In this document: positions 47,595 through 58,080 of the stretch, piece after piece
How the letters are laid out: the number at the start of each line of letters is the position of its first letter
How positions within the stretch are numbered: position 1 is the first letter of the stretch
Source of the DNA: a virus
Taxonomy: Duplodnaviria > Caudoviricetes
IMG/VR virus record: IMGVR_UViG_3300031963_000080
Span: 1-64,000 of that record
Length of the DNA stretch: 64,000 bases
Reading direction: 5' to 3' (one strand)
Notes under the pieces: model-generated
The model's database searches: none
What the model saw: only the letters and a program-made list of their open reading frames with translations
What the model was told of the DNA's origin: nothing
Made by a program: the position numbers and the translations under genes

Positions 47595-48263
47595 TTAATC
47601 ATTAAAAACAGAATCAGGCTCAAGTGCAATATGATACTTAAGTTTCCTTGATTTACTATCAAACCTAGCTAGAAGTCGCTTAGAAATTGTAACATCATAA
47701 GATCCTGGAACAATTTTAATGTTTTCTACTTTGAAATTCATAGTGAACTCATTTTCAGTTTCACCAACAATAATAGAAAATTCATTTGATGTGTCATTCT
47801 TTTTATCCCTGACCACCATACTAATAACACCGTTTTCGCCAACAGCTGCCAAATCCGGAAGCTGATAGATATTTGATGCTTTAAGTAGTTTTTCTAGCTG
47901 AGAGTGATCCAATTGAAACTGGATATCATCACTTGGAACTACAATTTCCTTTTCTGGTGGAGAAACAATCACAGAAGGATCAGCAAAAAAGTATTTTACT
48001 TTACGCTTACCTTCACGGATCGTAAGATATGAATCATTAGAAAAATCTAATTCTGGATTGTCATGTAATCCAATACCATTCAGAAATTGATTCAGATCGT
48101 AAATAGCGAAGTTTTTTGGGAATTCTTCTTGTACTGTTGCCTCGGCAAGAACATTCTTCATCACCGACATTGTTTTCAGTACATTTCCTTCTTTAACAAA
48201 AATAGATTGATTAATAGAAGCGAAATTTTTAAGAATAATCAGGGTATCACTGGAAAGATTCAT
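47595..48263 (-). CDS. gp45: Sliding clamp gp45
   Basis: LKNFASINQS, IYDLNQFL. Confidence 0.95.
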   Translation of the reverse strand: MNLSSDTLIILKNFASINQSIFVKEGNVLKTMSVMKNVLAEATVQEEFPKNFAIYDLNQFLNGIGLHDNPELDFSNDSYLTIREGKRKVKYFFADPSVIVSPPEKEIVVPSDDIQFQLDHSQLEKLLKASNIYQLPDLAAVGENGVISMVVRDKKNDTSNEFSIIVGETENEFTMNFKVENIKIVPGSYDVTISKRLLARFDSKSRKLKYHIALEPDSVFND

Positions 48264-48655
48264 TTGTTTTCAATAAGATTCAGGTGGTTAATTAGGAGAA
48301 TAGTATAGTGCAAGACTTTAAACAGATCTGCGCGAGGGGTTCCCTTTGTGTCGTACCGATCAATATATTTTGTTACATTACCTGCACAAAATCCTTCACG
48401 ACGATTGTGCTTGATTTTGTCTAGAGTTTGTTCCGTCCCACCACCAGTTCGGTCAACATAATGTTGACTATATGTGCTAGAAATATATTGCTCTAATTGC
48501 TTTAGGATCTTGTCTTCATTGTATTTCCAAAATCCATTGGAATTAGTTTGATCATTCATGAGTAAAATGGTCTTTTCAAGGTTAATTGTGTCATCAGCAT
48601 TTACCGAAAATTTATACTGATGTTGTAAATTTCTTTCGTCTTCCGGCCCAAACAT
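48260..48655 (-). CDS. DUF3310-like protein
   Basis: QHY...GFCAGNVTKYIDRY..K...DLFKVLHY. Confidence 0.7.
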   Translation of the reverse strand: MFGPEDERNLQHQYKFSVNADDTINLEKTILLMNDQTNSNGFWKYNEDKILKQLEQYISSTYSQHYVDRTGGGTEQTLDKIKHNRREGFCAGNVTKYIDRYDTKGTPRADLFKVLHYTILLINHLNLIENK

Positions 48656-48680
48656 AATAATATATCAAATTACAATAATA

Positions 48681-49793
48681 TCATGCTTCTTCTGATTTGT
48701 CAATCTGCTGATCTTCATCTTTATTAAATTCTTCATCAATTTTATCATATAGTTCAATGAAAGAAGACTTTGTGTCATCATCAAATCGTGCAATTGATAG
48801 TTTAATAGCTTTTGCTTTGTTTTTGAAAATTGCATATGCCTTTAGTAGATGAATCAAACGACGAGTAGAAATCAATTCATCAATGCCGCCATCATAAAAT
48901 GTCTTGCGAATTGTATCACTCCAATTTACCAGTTTTTTAATAAACTCGTCTTCTCCCTCAAGTCCGATAGATTTTGCTAGTTTAGTCAGAATTTTAATTT
49001 CAATGGAATTTGCAGGATAATTTTGCTCAAATGTGACACTGAACCTTTCTAAGAATGCTTCATTAAGTACATTAGTGCCAATAAATCGTCCATCATCAGA
49101 TCCTTTTCCTTTTGTATTGGCAGTTGCAATGATATTAAATCCTGGTTTCGGGTAGATGACTTTACCAATTTTTTTAAGAAATAGTGGTTTCCCTTCTAGA
49201 ACAGATTGTAAGACCATGATCTTATTCGATGCCAAATCGCATTCATCAAGAAGAAGAATGGCACCTCGCTCCATCGCCTCTACTACTGGGCCATTATGCC
49301 AAACTGTGTCACCATTCTGTAGTCGAAACCCACCAATAAGATCATCGGAGTCAGTTTCGACAGTAACATTAAAACGAATCAACTCACGCTTCAATTGTGC
49401 ACAAGCTTGCTCCACACACATTGTTTTTCCATTACCAGAAAGACCAGTAATAAAAACTGGATAAAAAATTCCAGAAGAGATAATTTTTTTAACATCAGAA
49501 AAACAACCAAAAGAAACAAATCCAGAATCTTTTTCTGGAACTAGATCTTTTTCCGTGTCTGGAATCACAGAAGGAGCATTATATGAATTTTCAATTGCAG
49601 CGACTGCTTCTGTTGTCACTTCAAGATTCCACTTACCATGGCCAGTTTTATATCCATCTAAACGACGAGTTACAGTCGGATAAGAAACATTTTTCATAGC
49701 ACAATAAGCACGAACATCAGCAGAAGTGATATTGGCACCAAACATGTCCATTAGATCGGAGATGATGTTTTGTTCTGTCATTTTTTTGTACAT
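48681..49793 (-). CDS. cobS: CobS-like MoxR AAA+ ATPase
   Basis: GLSGNGKT, LLDECD, TANTKGKG, NEAFLERF. Confidence 0.9.
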   Translation of the reverse strand: MYKKMTEQNIISDLMDMFGANITSADVRAYCAMKNVSYPTVTRRLDGYKTGHGKWNLEVTTEAVAAIENSYNAPSVIPDTEKDLVPEKDSGFVSFGCFSDVKKIISSGIFYPVFITGLSGNGKTMCVEQACAQLKRELIRFNVTVETDSDDLIGGFRLQNGDTVWHNGPVVEAMERGAILLLDECDLASNKIMVLQSVLEGKPLFLKKIGKVIYPKPGFNIIATANTKGKGSDDGRFIGTNVLNEAFLERFSVTFEQNYPANSIEIKILTKLAKSIGLEGEDEFIKKLVNWSDTIRKTFYDGGIDELISTRRLIHLLKAYAIFKNKAKAIKLSIARFDDDTKSSFIELYDKIDEEFNKDEDQQIDKSEEA

Positions 49794-49871
49794 GGTCTGA
49801 GGGATGAACAGATATATTATACCAGGCCCAAAGACACTATGTGCTCATGATGGGCCAGTTTAAAAATTGGT

Positions 49872-51983
49872 CTACGCAATAAGATCTATAAATTGCGATA
49901 GAATCTTCTTATTCATTTTTTTAGACTGTAATGATTTTTTAAATGCATTTCTAATATCAGTAACAGATGATGATTCCTCAACATTAAAATCGCTAGAACT
50001 ATTCAGGGCACCAGAATATATCCCAAAATACGAATCATATCCAGTACATTTAAGCATACATGATTTGTTCTTTTTCCATTCCTCCATAATTTTATTATAA
50101 GAATCAGAATAATTATTATTCTCTAAATGACCACGAACAAAGCCTGTTATTTCTCCACCACTAAGAAGTCGAATTCCAATAAAATTGACATGAGGATATA
50201 CATCTTTAAGATGTCGTAAAAGCACATCACTGAATCTATGCGTTGCATAATAAGAATATTTTGGAAACCTATATGTTGTTTTTAGTTTATCGTCCTTCAA
50301 GAAACAATTGTCTCCGATTGGCAACACACCAGAACTAGTACATCTAGGCAATGCACTTGCTTCGCCATCTGTTAAGATGACACATTGAATTTTTTGTACT
50401 TTAGTTTTCTTTTGAAATTCTGGGATGATGTGATGTAAAGTTACTAATGATTCATTCAATGGGGTACCAGAAAGATTCAATTGATTTGGACAAGAGTAAG
50501 AACAAATTCTACTTTTGTTATAGTATGCTAAACGATACAAGTTTTTCATGTGAATGTCCAAGGTAGAAGAATTTACCTTACTCGAAATCACATTGAGCAA
50601 ATTGAAACCACCATCAATAGAAATCGAATTATTGTCTGATTGACTATTTTTCCCATAAGAATATGACCAATTATTAGTAAATGCATAGACTTCAAATGGA
50701 ATAGAAACTTTTTTACAGAACCAAACCAGATTGAATAGTTGGCGACATGTATCTAGAATTACTGTATCCATTGAGCCGGACCAATCTAAAATAAAAATCA
50801 GCCCATGATTTTTTCCATCAGCAACTGTAATAATTTTTTTAAAAATATCATCGTTAAATTTATAAGAGGGTAGAGAACTACAATCTAAAATACCAGTTTT
50901 AGACTCTGAAGAACGAGCATATGACTCTGCTGCTTTTTTGCATTCAAATTCTTTGACCAAATAATTTACTTCTTTTTTAGCGGACGATTTAAATGACGAA
51001 TAATCAGAATCAACTAAAAAGAAATCTTCTTGGCTATTATGCGTATTCCAATAGCGTTTACATAGAGAATGTATAGATTTAGTATCAACAATAATTTTGT
51101 CCAAATCTAATTTTGGAATACGGACATAATTAATTTGTTCCGTTTTTGACGCTGACAATTTGTTAATTGCCTTTTCAAATGAGGAAAATGTTTTTACATA
51201 ATCTGAATTAGATGCCGGATCGTAGTCATCTGCATTTTTCTTTTGTTCATCTAATTTTTGTCCATTATCAGTAGAATTTTGTGAATTATTGCCTTCTACA
51301 TTTTGTTCTTTATCTGATTGTCCATTATTGTTTTTATTGTAATTTTCTTCTGGTTGCTGATTGGTGGCAATTTGTTGTTCAGAACTAATTCCAGAACCAG
51401 ATTCAAATGAAATAGAATCAATAGTCTTCTGCTGTTCTACATCTTTACAATATTCATATAATTTTTCTGCGCAGCGAACTGCATCTATAAATGTTTCTGC
51501 TGCTCCAATCTCATCGAGAATAACTTTTTCCTCATCATCAAAATCAATACCAATGAAGTTACCGATTTTAAAATAGAGATTAATCCTATCCGCTAAATTA
51601 TACTTGCTAATATCTTCCCCACTAATGGCAAAAAAATCTTCTTCATGCAATTCTTTATATCCACCAAAAAATGTCTTTTTAAGTCCAGGGTAACGACGCT
51701 TCATCAATTTCTCGATTCTAACATCTTCTGTCACATTTAGAAACTGCATAGGAACACTAGTGAGTTCCGTCCAATCTTGATTTGGAGTGTAAATTGCATG
51801 TGCTGATTCGTGACTCAAAAGTAACTGATATACGATATCAGATGCCTTCTCCCAAATAGGAAGAGTAAGAGTCCTAGTTTCTACATTAAAGCAGGCAGTA
51901 TCAACATTTGAATGTTCAATATTAAGATTTTCAGTTGAAAGAAGGCGAGCCAGATTTCCGTGAATTTCGTGGTTGTGCCGCAT
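49872..51983 (-). CDS. Metallopeptidase-like plus VWA domain protein (partner of the CobS-like ATPase)
   Basis: HESAH (HExxH), DWSGSM MIDAS motif, GTPL, LTDGE. Confidence 0.85.
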   Translation of the reverse strand: MRHNHEIHGNLARLLSTENLNIEHSNVDTACFNVETRTLTLPIWEKASDIVYQLLLSHESAHAIYTPNQDWTELTSVPMQFLNVTEDVRIEKLMKRRYPGLKKTFFGGYKELHEEDFFAISGEDISKYNLADRINLYFKIGNFIGIDFDDEEKVILDEIGAAETFIDAVRCAEKLYEYCKDVEQQKTIDSISFESGSGISSEQQIATNQQPEENYNKNNNGQSDKEQNVEGNNSQNSTDNGQKLDEQKKNADDYDPASNSDYVKTFSSFEKAINKLSASKTEQINYVRIPKLDLDKIIVDTKSIHSLCKRYWNTHNSQEDFFLVDSDYSSFKSSAKKEVNYLVKEFECKKAAESYARSSESKTGILDCSSLPSYKFNDDIFKKIITVADGKNHGLIFILDWSGSMDTVILDTCRQLFNLVWFCKKVSIPFEVYAFTNNWSYSYGKNSQSDNNSISIDGGFNLLNVISSKVNSSTLDIHMKNLYRLAYYNKSRICSYSCPNQLNLSGTPLNESLVTLHHIIPEFQKKTKVQKIQCVILTDGEASALPRCTSSGVLPIGDNCFLKDDKLKTTYRFPKYSYYATHRFSDVLLRHLKDVYPHVNFIGIRLLSGGEITGFVRGHLENNNYSDSYNKIMEEWKKNKSCMLKCTGYDSYFGIYSGALNSSSDFNVEESSSVTDIRNAFKKSLQSKKMNKKILSQFIDLIA

Positions 51984-52059
51984 GAGGAGAAATTTGAACT
52001 TCTATAATTATACACAAAAAAACCACCTAATGGTGGCCAAGTAGACAGTATTCTATCTG

Positions 52060-53775
52060 TCACACTGTTTGCAGAATAGAAAAATTTCCTCTCTTTTCAA
52101 ATTCTATAATACTGTCAAATTTATCTTGGACCCCATCTTTATGAGAGATCACAAATATATTAAAATCCTTCACTACATATCTAATAATTTTTAGAAAGTC
52201 ATCAATACCAGAAGAATCCAAAGAAGAGTCGAATATCTCATCTAAAATTAATAAATTAACATTTGTCGAATTCTTTATTTTGGCTAATTCTCTCCAAGAA
52301 AAAAGAAGAGCTAAATTGATTCTTTGTTTTTGTCCCTCCGAGAAACTACCATAACTAAAATCTTCGTATATTGGTGTTTTTATGTGTTCATTAAATTCTT
52401 CATCCAAATTGAAGTTGATATAAAAATCCATCATTTGAAGATACTTATTCACATTTTGATTAATTAATGGAAGATATTTTTTAATTATTTTTGACTTAAC
52501 TCCATTATCTTTTAGTAAAGAGTGGATACATTCATAGTATTGAATTTTTTCTTTTTTATCTACAAATTGATTTTTTATATCCAGAAGGCTTACTTCGAGA
52601 ATTTTTAGTTTATCGTGTTCTATATTTTTATTTTTTATCTTTTCTTGAATTTTTTGTATCTCCAATTCAAGTTCTTTGATTTGATTTTTGGATTGCTGAA
52701 CTTTAAGATTATTATTCGATATTTTATGGTTAGTATCTAGTAATTCCTTTGATATACTTGCGAATTGAGTTTCTCGCTCCTCCTCTTCCCTGATCGTATC
52801 TTTCAATTTTTCATACGCATCTTCCAATTCTTTTATAGAGGACTCATACTCAGAACATTTTTTAAGTTTCAACTCGGAATCTATGTGTTGTGTGCATGTA
52901 GGACAGATTGAATTATCAAGAAAGAAATCACGATCATCAACAACTGTGGATAACTTTTGAGATAACTTCCCCTTCAAAGTTCCCAACTTTTTCAGCTTAT
53001 TTGGACTTTCATTAAGAGAAGTCAAACTAGAATTCAATTCTTCCGTCTTCTTCAATAAAATTCTATTCTCTTCATCCGTATCTCTAAAAAATACATTTAA
53101 TTTTTGTATTTTTTGTCTTCTCTGTTCAATTTGGAAATTACTTTCTTTTTCTATTTCTTCTATGAAGTTAGATTGCATCTTCACTTTGTCAGACAAAGAG
53201 TCCTTCTTTATCTCCAATAATTTAACTTCGTCTTTTATAGTTTTTATTTTATCCTTTACGACAATATTCATTGAAGAAAATATTTTAATGTCCAATAAGT
53301 CTTCAATGACCTCTCGTCTACTCGCTGCAGTAAGTTGCATAAACGGAACAAAGTTACTATTTCCCAATATAACAATTTGAGTAAAAGACTTATAATTCAT
53401 CTTTAAGACTGTCTGCTCAAACCATTTTTGCTGATCAATAGCAGAAGAACTCTGGTCTAATAAACTGTCATTTTTATAGATTTCAAATATAGTAGGTTTT
53501 TGTCCCCTTCTTACTTTCCAATCAATATTACCAATTGAGAATTCTATTTCTACCAAGCAATCTTTTTCATTTACTGAATTAATTAATTGCGGCTTATTAA
53601 TAGGACGATATGACTTATTAAACAAAGCATATGTAATTGCGTCCATGAAGGAACTTTTTCCACTTCCATTTTTTCCAATAATACAAGTATTGTGATGTGT
53701 ATCTAAACTTATTTCAGTGAATTTATTTCCAAAAGAAAGAAAGTTCTTAAATCTTACTTTTTTAAAAGTTATCAT
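52060..53775 (-). CDS. gp46: Recombination ATPase gp46 (Rad50-like)
   Basis: GKNGSGKS, CPTC hook, FSEGQKQR, LDEIFD. Confidence 0.96.
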   Translation of the reverse strand: MITFKKVRFKNFLSFGNKFTEISLDTHHNTCIIGKNGSGKSSFMDAITYALFNKSYRPINKPQLINSVNEKDCLVEIEFSIGNIDWKVRRGQKPTIFEIYKNDSLLDQSSSAIDQQKWFEQTVLKMNYKSFTQIVILGNSNFVPFMQLTAASRREVIEDLLDIKIFSSMNIVVKDKIKTIKDEVKLLEIKKDSLSDKVKMQSNFIEEIEKESNFQIEQRRQKIQKLNVFFRDTDEENRILLKKTEELNSSLTSLNESPNKLKKLGTLKGKLSQKLSTVVDDRDFFLDNSICPTCTQHIDSELKLKKCSEYESSIKELEDAYEKLKDTIREEEERETQFASISKELLDTNHKISNNNLKVQQSKNQIKELELEIQKIQEKIKNKNIEHDKLKILEVSLLDIKNQFVDKKEKIQYYECIHSLLKDNGVKSKIIKKYLPLINQNVNKYLQMMDFYINFNLDEEFNEHIKTPIYEDFSYGSFSEGQKQRINLALLFSWRELAKIKNSTNVNLLILDEIFDSSLDSSGIDDFLKIIRYVVKDFNIFVISHKDGVQDKFDSIIEFEKRGNFSILQTV

Positions 53776-54034
53776 AATGTATTTTTGGTGGAACTACGAT
53801 ATCATTAGGGGTTATAACAGCATATAAATTACCAGTAACTTCACATGTTTTTATGAGTATATCATCATCATATTCAATTACATGAGTTTCTGGCATACCC
53901 TGCTCTTCTAGCATTATTGCATATCTGACGGCATCATCTTCCTCCTGAAAAAAGAAAATTACTTTTTTTCCATCTTGATTTAGTACTGAATATGCACCTT
54001 CATCTTCTTTTCCATCAAGAGTTATCAAAAACAT
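53762..54034 (-). CDS. Conserved cyanophage hypothetical protein
   Basis: FQEEDDAVRYA; lies between gp47 and gp46. Confidence 0.8.
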   Translation of the reverse strand: MFLITLDGKEDEGAYSVLNQDGKKVIFFFQEEDDAVRYAIMLEEQGMPETHVIEYDDDILIKTCEVTGNLYAVITPNDIVVPPKIHYDNF

Positions 54035-55071
54035 TATACTAACTCACATGCCTCCGAATATGTCTCTTTTAAAATATTTTTTAACATATTTTTATTCAAT
54101 GTGGAATCACTTTCTTCTACAAATTTTTGAAGTAGAGAAAAAGTATCTTCATTCTCTAACGAAATGTCCAAATCTTGATCATCAAAAAACGAATAATTTT
54201 CTATAATTTTTAATTCTGCAATATTAGCGTTATATAACTTATCAACGAAATCTTCAAATAATTTAACTTTGGTTTTTTTTCTAACTACAAGTTTTACTAT
54301 TTTATTTTCTAATTCGGTCACATTTAATAATTGATTTGGTGTATCATCGTAATAAAGATTGTAGTGCATTTTATATGGATTATCGACATAAAAATGCTCT
54401 AAACTTTCAGTGTCAAATATTACAAATCCTCTAGTTTCATCTATATCATTAAAGTATATTTCATATGGATTTCCCATATAGAATATCGTTCCATTGTCAG
54501 ATCTATTATGGAAATGGCCAGAAAATACTTTTTTAAAATTATTGAATATTTTAGGATCTCTACCATCCTCCATAGTATGTCCTTTATGTGCTTCAAATCC
54601 GTTTAATTCTAAATGTCCCATTACAACATTAGAACTTGTTCTTTTCAATAATTTGTAAGTATCATGTTCATTTTCTTGATTAATCCAAGGAACAAAAACC
54701 AAATCAAGACCACCAATATTTACTTCCGTTGGTTCTGAATATACTTGTATATTTGGATATTCTTGGAGCAACAGATCTGGTGAATTTATTCTATTAGTGG
54801 ATTTAAAATATACATCGTGATTTCCACTTATCAAATGTACTTTATATTTTGAGAGTGGATCTAATACTACTCGTTTTGTCCATTCTAAACCAAAAAAATC
54901 TATAGACTTTCTATTGTCAAATGCATCTCCCAAATGAATGACAGTATCAATTTTTAGTTCTTCTAATTTAGGAAAGAAAATATTTTTATAAAAAAGTTCA
55001 AAATAATCTTGAAAGAGTTTTGATGACTTTCTTGCGGACCAATGGGTGTCTGTAAGCAATGCAACGAGCAT
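54034..55071 (-). CDS. gp47: Recombination nuclease gp47 (Mre11-like)
   Basis: TDTH, LGDAFD, GNHD, SGHFH. Confidence 0.96.
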   Translation of the reverse strand: MLVALLTDTHWSARKSSKLFQDYFELFYKNIFFPKLEELKIDTVIHLGDAFDNRKSIDFFGLEWTKRVVLDPLSKYKVHLISGNHDVYFKSTNRINSPDLLLQEYPNIQVYSEPTEVNIGGLDLVFVPWINQENEHDTYKLLKRTSSNVVMGHLELNGFEAHKGHTMEDGRDPKIFNNFKKVFSGHFHNRSDNGTIFYMGNPYEIYFNDIDETRGFVIFDTESLEHFYVDNPYKMHYNLYYDDTPNQLLNVTELENKIVKLVVRKKTKVKLFEDFVDKLYNANIAELKIIENYSFFDDQDLDISLENEDTFSLLQKFVEESDSTLNKNMLKNILKETYSEACELV

Positions 55072-55075
55072 TATG

Positions 55076-55573
55076 TCAATTCCTTAATTTACTGTGAACT
55101 GCATCTTTAATACTATTATAGTCGGAATAGTTTCCTCCGTCAAGTGTGTTGTCATCAACAAACACTTCATCAAACCCAGATCTTTCCAGTATTTTTCCCT
55201 TAATTTCTAATTGCCTTTTTTCTTTGGTTATTCTTCGTATAAAAGCATAGTGAATTACCTGAGTAAAATAAGCAAAAGGATTTGTTGATTTTTGGGGATC
55301 AAAATTTAAAATATATTGAACGCAATTTTCAATTCCGTCAGAAATCATATCTTCTTTGAACATATAATTGACAAAATTTGGTTTAAATGACAAATGCGTC
55401 GCTATCTTTAAAAAACATTCTCCTATGTAATTTGGAATTACTGGCTGCGGTAAATCTTTATCTTTTGCAATTTTAACCAAATGCCGATAATCGATCAGGG
55501 CAGCCAAGAACTCTTTATTATTAACATAGTGAACACTACGCTTTCTTTTAGTCATGACGGCTGTTGTAATCAT
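55076..55573 (-). CDS. gp55: Late sigma factor gp55
   Basis: HYVNNKEF, EDMISDGIENC, NPFAYFTQ. Confidence 0.96.
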   Translation of the reverse strand: MITTAVMTKRKRSVHYVNNKEFLAALIDYRHLVKIAKDKDLPQPVIPNYIGECFLKIATHLSFKPNFVNYMFKEDMISDGIENCVQYILNFDPQKSTNPFAYFTQVIHYAFIRRITKEKRQLEIKGKILERSGFDEVFVDDNTLDGGNYSDYNSIKDAVHSKLRN

Positions 55574-55600
55574 AATACCTTACAAATAATATATATTGAT

Positions 55601-55662
55601 ATTATAACACAAAGAAATTGATTTGACAAGGGGTTGACACGCCCATCAAAAGTGAGTATAAT
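55601..55662. promoter_or_regulatory. Back-to-back sigma70 promoters
   Basis: Minus strand: TTGTCA-17-TATAAT (55629-55601) toward gp55. Plus strand: TTGACA-17-TATAAT (55634-55662). Confidence 0.75.
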
Positions 55663-55785
55663 CAGCTTTGTCAGCGATGAAACTCATTTTATTACTTAAT
55701 AATACTAGATACATTAATAAACAATAAAGATAAACATATAGGTAATTTCCGAAGGAAATGTTCCCGAAGGGAACTAATAAAGTAC

Positions 55786-56187
55786 TTAATAATCCTTAAA
55801 TAACTTTTCTAATGATTTTTTTGCTTCTTCTATATTTGAAATATATCCCATTTCTTTAGTAAGTTCAAAATGGTTCATTCCAAAATTTGAATTGTTCTTT
55901 TCTTTTTGTTTGACAAATTTATCATATACTGATATGATTTCTAAATCACTTGTTTCCGTCATCGTCATGATATTTTTCATATCAATAATAAAAATATCAT
56001 CTTTTGTTGTTTTCATCCATGGCTCTACTTTATAAGCAAATCCATATCTAGTTTTTACTTCAGTGATAATTATTGGATCGCAAACCAATAATACCAAATT
56101 TCCATGTTCCTCAGAAGAAATAACCTTTGCAAATATCTCTTCTCCACTTATCAATTTTAAACTTGCATAAAAATCTTCTTCCATCAT
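55786..56187 (-). CDS. Conserved hypothetical protein
   Basis: FYASLKLISGEEIFA; lies downstream of uvsW. Confidence 0.8.
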   Translation of the reverse strand: MMEEDFYASLKLISGEEIFAKVISSEEHGNLVLLVCDPIIITEVKTRYGFAYKVEPWMKTTKDDIFIIDMKNIMTMTETSDLEIISVYDKFVKQKEKNNSNFGMNHFELTKEMGYISNIEEAKKSLEKLFKDY

Positions 56188-57659
56188 TTGTTTAAATTTA
56201 CTGGTATAATTTCGTAATTGAATTCCTCTTCATTATATAATTTTATTCTTTCTATAAAGTGATTTAAGGTGTAATTTTTTTTATTTTTATAAGTACAGTC
56301 ATCAGAAATATCGTACAATATTGCTTTATCTTTGTTTTTTCCCTTTCTCAGTACTCTTCCTATGCTCTGTAAATTTCTGATTTTCGATTTACTTGGAGAA
56401 GCAAATATAACATTATGTAAATTTCTGATAGATATTCCAGTACTAAAAACTCCATAACTTGCAACTATAATTGCATTTGACTCTCTTTCAGTTATTTCTC
56501 GTACTTCTTCCCTTTGGTTAACATCTACTCCTCCATGAACAAAAAATATTTTTCTGTTCTTTTCGCTGTTACTATTTATTAATTCGTATAATGGCTTACC
56601 ATGTGTATCTACTCTAGAAAATAACACTAAGGTATTTCCTTTTAAATCTAGAGCAAGGTTTTTTATGAAGTTGTTTCTTTTTTCGTTTGATATTAAAAAT
56701 TGAATTTCATCTTCGTATTTATCGAATTGTTGTGATGTATGTTTCAATATCAAACAATGAATATCTAATTGGGATGCTCTTCCCTTTTCAATCATTTCTT
56801 TTGTGTTGATTGTTTTGTATGTTGGACCAAAAAGCCCTGATATTACCCATTCGTGTGTCTGTGAGTCTTTTCCTCCATTTGAAAGAGTACCAGTAAAACC
56901 AAATCTATACTTTGCATGATGGCATTTTTTCATAATATCAATTAAAGATTTTGATTTTGCTTGATGGCTTTCGTCAACTATCACGCAATCAAATTCTTCA
57001 AAAAACGATTTCTCCATTTTAAAAATAGATTGCCAAGTCGAAAGAGTGACTGGAAGATCTGTATTTTTTTCTCTTCCTGAATATATCATGTGGCAATTAT
57101 TCTCTGGACTCCACCCATACTCAGAAAAATCTTTATGCATTTGATGAATCAAAGAAGTAGTAGGAAAAATAATCAGGGTTTTCAGACCCTTATTTGTGTA
57201 ATATCTTGCTAGTGCATAAATGATTAAAGATTTTCCAGAAGCAGTTGGAGAAATGATAGTTTTCCTATTGTATCTAAGGCACTCATAAACTGCATTTATT
57301 TGATAGTCGTATGGCTCATATGAACATATTGCATTCATATAGCCTTTTACCCCATCCAGTGAAATCTCTTCGTTTATCTCAAAAGGAAGTCCATAATATT
57401 TGTTTTCTTTAAATTCGTATGTATAATTATGTGACTTTATTTTTGCTATTACTTTATCTAGAAGTCCAGCATATATTTCTCCAGTAGAAACCGACAATAG
57501 ATGAATCGTTCCATCCCACCCAGTTTTTCTAAACTGAGGCATAAATTTTGCGCTATCTACTTCAAATGTAAAATGTGGTTGAAGTTCATATAAAATATGG
57601 GGTTCGCATTGTAATTTAATAAAAACTTCATTTTTCTTTATAATTGTTATGTCAGCCAT
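56184..57659 (-). CDS. uvsW: UvsW helicase
   Basis: SPTASGKS, DESH, LQSIGRVLR. Confidence 0.96.
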   Translation of the reverse strand: MADITIIKKNEVFIKLQCEPHILYELQPHFTFEVDSAKFMPQFRKTGWDGTIHLLSVSTGEIYAGLLDKVIAKIKSHNYTYEFKENKYYGLPFEINEEISLDGVKGYMNAICSYEPYDYQINAVYECLRYNRKTIISPTASGKSLIIYALARYYTNKGLKTLIIFPTTSLIHQMHKDFSEYGWSPENNCHMIYSGREKNTDLPVTLSTWQSIFKMEKSFFEEFDCVIVDESHQAKSKSLIDIMKKCHHAKYRFGFTGTLSNGGKDSQTHEWVISGLFGPTYKTINTKEMIEKGRASQLDIHCLILKHTSQQFDKYEDEIQFLISNEKRNNFIKNLALDLKGNTLVLFSRVDTHGKPLYELINSNSEKNRKIFFVHGGVDVNQREEVREITERESNAIIVASYGVFSTGISIRNLHNVIFASPSKSKIRNLQSIGRVLRKGKNKDKAILYDISDDCTYKNKKNYTLNHFIERIKLYNEEEFNYEIIPVNLNK

Positions 57660-58080
57660 ATCCAGAAATATATTTTTGGTACTCGATACTATTTTTTACT
57701 TGATAAGTTCTACTATGTATCATTTTGAGGATATCGCTCAAATAATTTAACATAGCATCGTAATATTCAATTTTTAATGATGCATTTGATATGTCTTCAT
57801 CTGCATTCATGCAATTCTGTAAGTGCTCTTTATCTCTTATTTTTTTCTGATATATTTCTTTGTATTCCTCTGGATCTGCTTTTCCAGTATAATATTCGTA
57901 TTTTTTGAGTCTTATTTTGTTCTTATCTTCTAATGCTTTTTTCTTTAATAATAAAATATTATTAAATATCTCATAATATTTTGAGTGTAATTGAGGTATC
58001 TTTAGAGATTCTAGATGTAAATTATCTGGATCTATGAAAGAATCTTCTTTCCACATTGATTGTATTTCATTGATATTCAT
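57652..58080 (-). CDS. uvsY: Recombination mediator UvsY
   Basis: ESLKIPQLHSKY, YYTGKA. Confidence 0.92.
   Translation of the reverse strand: MNINEIQSMWKEDSFIDPDNLHLESLKIPQLHSKYYEIFNNILLLKKKALEDKNKIRLKKYEYYTGKADPEEYKEIYQKKIRDKEHLQNCMNADEDISNASLKIEYYDAMLNYLSDILKMIHSRTYQVKNSIEYQKYISGYG

Noticed and set aside
48681-49793. Cobalamin-synthesis role for cobS
   Set aside because: It is a MoxR-type AAA ATPase paired with a VWA protein, widespread in T4-like phages; no other cob genes are present.
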